This document shows, piece after piece, positions 59,704 to 64,000 of a DNA stretch of 64,000 bases. The notes under the pieces are model-generated. The model was not told where the DNA came from, searched no databases, and saw nothing but the letters and a program-made list of their open reading frames with translations. The translations under genes were made by a program, and so were the position numbers. Every line of letters begins with the position of its first letter. Positions within the stretch are counted from its first letter, which is position 1. Source of the DNA: Fibrobacterota bacterium (GTDB lineage: Bacteria > Fibrobacterota > Fibrobacteria > UBA11236); the NCBI GenBank assembly GCA_947466585.1, contig CANIEU010000005.1:64412-128411 (forward strand). Reading direction: 5' to 3'.

Positions 59704-60945
59704 ATGAAAAGAGTCGTCATCACCGGTATCGGCACCGTCAATCCGCTCGGCCTCACGGTCGCGGAGTATTGGACCAATCTGGCCGCAGGCAAATCGGGCA
59801 TCACGCGCAATACTCGCTTCGATGTTTCCACCTTCTCGAGTCAGATCGCGGGCCTCGTTCCCGATTTCGATCATGTGCCGCTTTTCAAGGATCAGAAGAT
59901 GGCGCGTCGGCTTGACAAGGCCATCATCTATGGTGTGGTCGCCGGCAATGATGCCGTTAAAGATTCCGGTCTTGCAACGGGCAACTACAATCCCGAGCGC
60001 GTGGGCGTGTACCTCGGCAGCGGCATGGGCGGCGTAGGCACTTTCGAGGCCGAGACGGAAGTCAAGGCGGCACGCGGTCACAAGCGTGTGAACCCGTTCT
60101 TCGTGCCCATGATTCTGCCCAATACGGCCTCGGGCTATCTCAGCATCGAACACGGATACATGGGCCCCAACTACACGGCGGTGTCAGCCTGCGCGAGCGC
60201 GAATCACGCGATGGGGGAGGCCTTCCACGCCATTCAACGCGGCGACGCCGACGTGATTTTTGCCGGCGGCACCGAGGCCGCAGTGGTTGAGGTGGTCGTG
60301 GCCGGCTTCGCCAACATGAAGGCTCTTTCGGGCCGCAGCGACGACCCGGAAGGCGCCTCGCGTCCCTGGGACAAGGGCCGCGACGGCTTCGTGATTGCCG
60401 AGGGTGCGGCGGTACTGTGCCTCGAAGAGCTGGAGCATGCGAAGGCGCGCGGTGCAAAGATCTATGCCGAGTTCGCCGGGTTCGGGCAGAGCAGCGACGG
60501 GTATCACATCACCGCGCCGCATCCCGAGGGCGCGGGCGGCGCGCTGGCCATGAAGGCCGCGCTGCGCAGCGCGAAGCTGAATCCCGAAGACATCGATCTG
60601 GTAAACGCCCACGGCACCTCTACACCGCTGGGCGACCGCGGCGAGACCATGGGTGTGAAGAAATGCTTCGGCGAGCACGCCAAAAAGCTGATGATGCACT
60701 CCACCAAATCGATGATCGGGCATACGCTCGGCGCGGCGGGTGCGGTCGAGGCCGTGGCGGCCATTCTGGCGCTCGACAAGGGCATCGTGCATCCCACTCG
60801 CAATCTTTACGAAGCGGACCCGGAGTGCGATCTGGATTACGTAGCGAACGTGGCTCGTGAGGCGAAGGTGCGCGCGGTGTTGTCGAACTCGTTCGGCTTC
60901 GGCGGGCACAATGCGACGGTGATCTTGAAAAGTTTCGTAGGCTAA
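59704..60945 (+). CDS. fabF: Beta-ketoacyl-ACP synthase II
   Basis: RVVITGIG, SACAS (Cys), NAHGTST, KSMIGHTLGAAG, SNSFGFGGHN. Confidence 0.97.
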   Translation: MKRVVITGIGTVNPLGLTVAEYWTNLAAGKSGITRNTRFDVSTFSSQIAGLVPDFDHVPLFKDQKMARRLDKAIIYGVVAGNDAVKDSGLATGNYNPERVGVYLGSGMGGVGTFEAETEVKAARGHKRVNPFFVPMILPNTASGYLSIEHGYMGPNYTAVSACASANHAMGEAFHAIQRGDADVIFAGGTEAAVVEVVVAGFANMKALSGRSDDPEGASRPWDKGRDGFVIAEGAAVLCLEELEHAKARGAKIYAEFAGFGQSSDGYHITAPHPEGAGGALAMKAALRSAKLNPEDIDLVNAHGTSTPLGDRGETMGVKKCFGEHAKKLMMHSTKSMIGHTLGAAGAVEAVAAILALDKGIVHPTRNLYEADPECDLDYVANVAREAKVRAVLSNSFGFGGHNATVILKSFVG

Positions 60946-60951
60946 CCTGTG

Positions 60952-61114
60952 GAAATGAGAAATGAGAATTGAGAAATGAGAAATGAGAAATGAGAAATGA
61001 AGGTTTGGCATTCGGAGGGGCATTCGACCAAGCTTCAAAAATCAGGAAATAATGGGGAATCCGCTGGCGGTGTTCCTCTTTTTTTCTCATTTCTCATTTC
61101 TCAATTCTCATTTC
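60952..61114. repeat. Inverted heptamer-array element F (overlaps the 5' end of the next gene)
   Basis: GAAATGA x7 including one GAATTGA (60952-61000); TCATTTC x4 including one TCAATTC (61087-61114). Confidence 0.95.
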
Positions 61115-62004
61115 GGTTTCTCGCCTACTCTCTGGTCTCCTTCACTTCCCTTTCGTTCGCCGCATCGAACACCGTCATCACGGTGCCGGGCGATCAGGGC
61201 AAACCGAAGGCGCTCGAAATCAGCCCGGCGCTGCGCGATTACTGCGGCCTGATCTACGCCTGCGGGCTCAAGGTGCGCGCGGGTACCTGCCCCGCACCCA
61301 AGGACCTCGGGCCGCCCGCGCCGTTTTCGCCGCAGGGCGAACGTTGCGTCGAAGCCCGCGAGCTGGAAACGCGCGGTTTGCGCGCGGATAACCCGGAGTA
61401 TGGATTCCGGCTGTTCCGGTTGTTGGGATTCGAATACCGTGTCGTTTATCACATTCCCGATACGGTGGAAATTTCACGCGCGCGTCTCGAGTATTTACTG
61501 AACGATATTCCGCTGTCGGCCAAACTGATCTCTCATTACCGGCAGACCCCCTACAAGGCCGAGTATGTGAACGCCGCGCACACCCAATTCAAAGGCGAGA
61601 AGGGGACACGCTTGCGCGGCGAGGCCCGTTTGATATCCGGATCCTACGCGGAACGTCGTCTCATTTATCTGGGAACCGGCGTGGCCGAAATCGCCTTCTG
61701 GACGCTGGTCGGCCCGGGCATGATGGATTTCAATTACCGCGAGCTTCCGGCGACAGGCAAAATTCCGGAGCGCATCGTGTACGATCTCAAGGTGGTGGTG
61801 TTTCCCGGAAACGGCATGATCAACTCCATCATGAATCTGGGACTGTTCCGCAACGTGGTCTCCGACAAGGTGCGCGGCGTACTGACCGACATCACCGAGA
61901 CTGCGAAATTGTTGAAGGCCGATCAGGGCAAACAGCTCTTGAAAAACATGGAATGGTCGGCAGACGAGCGGAAGAAAATCGAAACTTTGTTGAAGCTGGA
62001 GTGA
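60997..62004 (+). CDS. Hypothetical exported protein
   Basis: 335-aa ORF with signal-like stretch ending SFA-A; four Cys in the N-terminal part; host-like codon usage after about 61130. Confidence 0.75.
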   Translation: MKVWHSEGHSTKLQKSGNNGESAGGVPLFFSFLISQFSFRFLAYSLVSFTSLSFAASNTVITVPGDQGKPKALEISPALRDYCGLIYACGLKVRAGTCPAPKDLGPPAPFSPQGERCVEARELETRGLRADNPEYGFRLFRLLGFEYRVVYHIPDTVEISRARLEYLLNDIPLSAKLISHYRQTPYKAEYVNAAHTQFKGEKGTRLRGEARLISGSYAERRLIYLGTGVAEIAFWTLVGPGMMDFNYRELPATGKIPERIVYDLKVVVFPGNGMINSIMNLGLFRNVVSDKVRGVLTDITETAKLLKADQGKQLLKNMEWSADERKKIETLLKLE

Positions 62005-62006
62005 AC

Positions 62007-62705
62007 ATGTCCGATCTTCCCTTGTTGCCCGAAGCCACTGCTGTGACCGACGCTCTGGTCCGCGACGCCATTCAGACTTACGGCGCCAAACTGACGGATG
62101 CCCGTCGCGCCCTGCTGCACAAGGTGGTTTCGGAACGTACCCGGCATTTCGCGATGGTGCTCGAAGACCTCAAGGATCCGCACAACATCAGCGCGGTGAT
62201 CCGCACCAGCGAAGTGTTCGGTCTGCAAGACGTGCATGTCATCAATGAGGTGAATCCGTATCGCGTCACCAAATCGGTACTCAAGGGCAGCTACAAGTGG
62301 CTCGACATTCATTGCCATGCACGCCGCATGGGTTGCTTCGACGCGCTCAAAGCCAAGGGATACCGTATCGCCGTGGCCTCCACCAACCACAGCCAGTCGC
62401 TATTCGATCTCGACCTTTCCATTCCCACGGCCTTTTATCTCGGGTCCGAAGTGATGGGGAATCATCCAGAAACGCTGGCCCGCGCCGATGTGCGCTTTAT
62501 CATTCCGCAGCATGGCCTGACCGAAAGCCTCAACGTTTCCGTTTGTGCGGGTGTGATTCTGGCGACGGTGGACCGCTTTTTACGTGAGCAAGGTCGAGAT
62601 CGTTTCGGGCTGTCCCCGGAGGATCGGTCCGCCTTGTTGGCCACGTATTACGAGCGCAGCGCGGTCGGCATCGATCGCAACTCGCCCGTGCATTACTGGG
62701 ATTAG
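62007..62705 (+). CDS. TrmH/SpoU-family RNA 2'-O-methyltransferase
   Basis: LED..DPHNISAVIRT, GSE..G, IPQHG.TESLNVSV. Confidence 0.9.
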   Translation: MSDLPLLPEATAVTDALVRDAIQTYGAKLTDARRALLHKVVSERTRHFAMVLEDLKDPHNISAVIRTSEVFGLQDVHVINEVNPYRVTKSVLKGSYKWLDIHCHARRMGCFDALKAKGYRIAVASTNHSQSLFDLDLSIPTAFYLGSEVMGNHPETLARADVRFIIPQHGLTESLNVSVCAGVILATVDRFLREQGRDRFGLSPEDRSALLATYYERSAVGIDRNSPVHYWD

Positions 62706-62723
62706 ATCAGGTCCCCTCTTCGT

Positions 62724-63689
62724 CTACGCAACAACGGGTTTCGCGGCTTCGGTGGGAACGCCGACCAAAGGTTGCCCATTTTGCGCATACCATTCCAGAA
62801 TCGAGTCCCACGCCTCGCGGGCCGACTCCGCATACCGAAACAGGTGTTTATCACCGGGGTCGATCACACCTTCCTCGATCAACGCGTCCACGTTGAAGAC
62901 CTTGTTCCAGAAGGCCTTGCCGACAAGCACCACCGGGCGTGAACGGGTCTTGCGCGTTTGCACCAAGGTGAGGATTTCGAACAGTTCGTCGAGCGTTCCG
63001 AACCCACCGGGAAAGGCCACCAGCGCCTTGGCACGCATGACGAAATGCAGTTTGCGAATTGCGAAATAGTGGAAGTTGAAGCAAAGCTCGGGCGTGATGT
63101 ACGGGTTGGGCCATTGCTCGTGGGGGAGTGAGATGTTCAGCCCCACGTTGGGTGCCTTGGCGTCGAACGCGCCGCGGTTGGCCGCCTCCATGATGCCGGG
63201 GCCGCCGCCGGTGATGATGACCAAGCGCGGACCAGGGCCCTTGGCGCCCTCTTCGCTGACCAGTTTTCCAAGATCACGCGCCATATCGTAGTAGCGGCTG
63301 TTGTGGACGACCCGTTTGGCGCGCTCCACTTCGGCTTTGAGTTTGGGGCTTGCGGGTTTCGCCTTGAGCGCTGCCTCCACCTGCTTGAGGCGGCGTTTGG
63401 CTTCTGACGGTTCGGGTGTGCGAGCGCTGCCGAACACCACGATACCACCGCCGATGCGGTGTTCGCGCATGATCACTTCGGGTTTGTAATAGTCGAGTTG
63501 TAAGCGGACGCCCCGGGTGAGCGGGTTTGCGAGGAAGGTCGGGTCGTCATCCGCAGCGCTTTTGTAACTCGGGCTGTTTCGCACTCCATCCAGCATGGCC
63601 GCAAGGGGGGGCAGCCCGGGGTCCCGAGTAGGAATTTTCCGAGAAACCGGTTTTTTTGGGGATAATTTGCGCGATGGCGATTTTTTCAT
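62724..63689 (-). CDS. LOG family / TIGR00730-like Rossmann-fold protein
   Basis: VFGSAR, TGGGPGIMEAANRGA, LPHEQ.PNPY, YFAIRK, FPGGFGTLDELFE. Confidence 0.92.
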   Translation of the reverse strand: MKKSPSRKLSPKKPVSRKIPTRDPGLPPLAAMLDGVRNSPSYKSAADDDPTFLANPLTRGVRLQLDYYKPEVIMREHRIGGGIVVFGSARTPEPSEAKRRLKQVEAALKAKPASPKLKAEVERAKRVVHNSRYYDMARDLGKLVSEEGAKGPGPRLVIITGGGPGIMEAANRGAFDAKAPNVGLNISLPHEQWPNPYITPELCFNFHYFAIRKLHFVMRAKALVAFPGGFGTLDELFEILTLVQTRKTRSRPVVLVGKAFWNKVFNVDALIEEGVIDPGDKHLFRYAESAREAWDSILEWYAQNGQPLVGVPTEAAKPVVA

Positions 63690-64000
63690 GCCTTGAAAAT
63701 AGGTTTCCCATCCGTTTAGGGTCCTTAATGGGTACACTTTCTATAAAAAGTCAAATGACAATATTTGTTTTTTCTTATTTTGCGCAATTCTCTATTTTTT
63801 AAGGAATTTCGTATTTGAGACGTCCTTTTTTACGATAAAAGCGGGTTGCTCCAAACTAGCATTAGTACTAAAACATCAATTTTTGTTTCTGGTCATTTTG
63901 CGCAACATCTTCGGGAAAGTCCCCCTATATTCAATTTCCGGGCAGTCGTTTGACGTCCGTGATGCCATAGGCGATCGCGACTTTTTTCGAACTGGTTCTG

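Noticed and set aside
63740..64000. AT-rich end of window as a foreign island or RNA gene
   Set aside because: Consistent with a divergent promoter region for a gene beyond the window; no structural or mobility signal visible

Overview
A GC-rich bacterial chromosomal segment, almost all core genes: metF, prc, an mraY-like gene, aroK-aroB fusion, aroE, hflX, guaA, pepA, gcvT, ftsK, ruvCAB-yebC, yceD-rpmF-plsX-fabH-fabD-fabG-acpP-rnc, XPB helicase, an M16 peptidase pair, fabF, and several RNA methyltransferases. The lineage is probably a diderm from the Fibrobacterota/FCB neighbourhood, a weak inference from gene style only. I found no rRNA, tRNA, CRISPR array, transposase or prophage. The most interesting signals are non-coding or sub-genic. 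(1) At least six elements consist of a short tandem array (mostly 7-mers), a spacer and the reverse-complement array. Each has a different repeat unit but the same architecture, and two are translated into signal peptides. (2) Thirteen genes have a TANNNT -10 hexamer 6-9 nt before the start codon, suggesting widespread leaderless mRNAs. (3) A 281-bp highly structured element has 33-bp terminal inverted repeats. (4) A lipoprotein carries an M57-like peptidase domain that has lost every zinc ligand. (5) An mraY-like gene lies outside the dcw cluster, next to a degenerate SDR, a eukaryote-type UDP-GlcNAc pyrophosphorylase and an acyltransferase. (6) A sigma-54 promoter precedes a NifA-like activator. 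(7) A long stem-loop precedes rnc. All family assignments come from motif recognition by eye; no searches were run.
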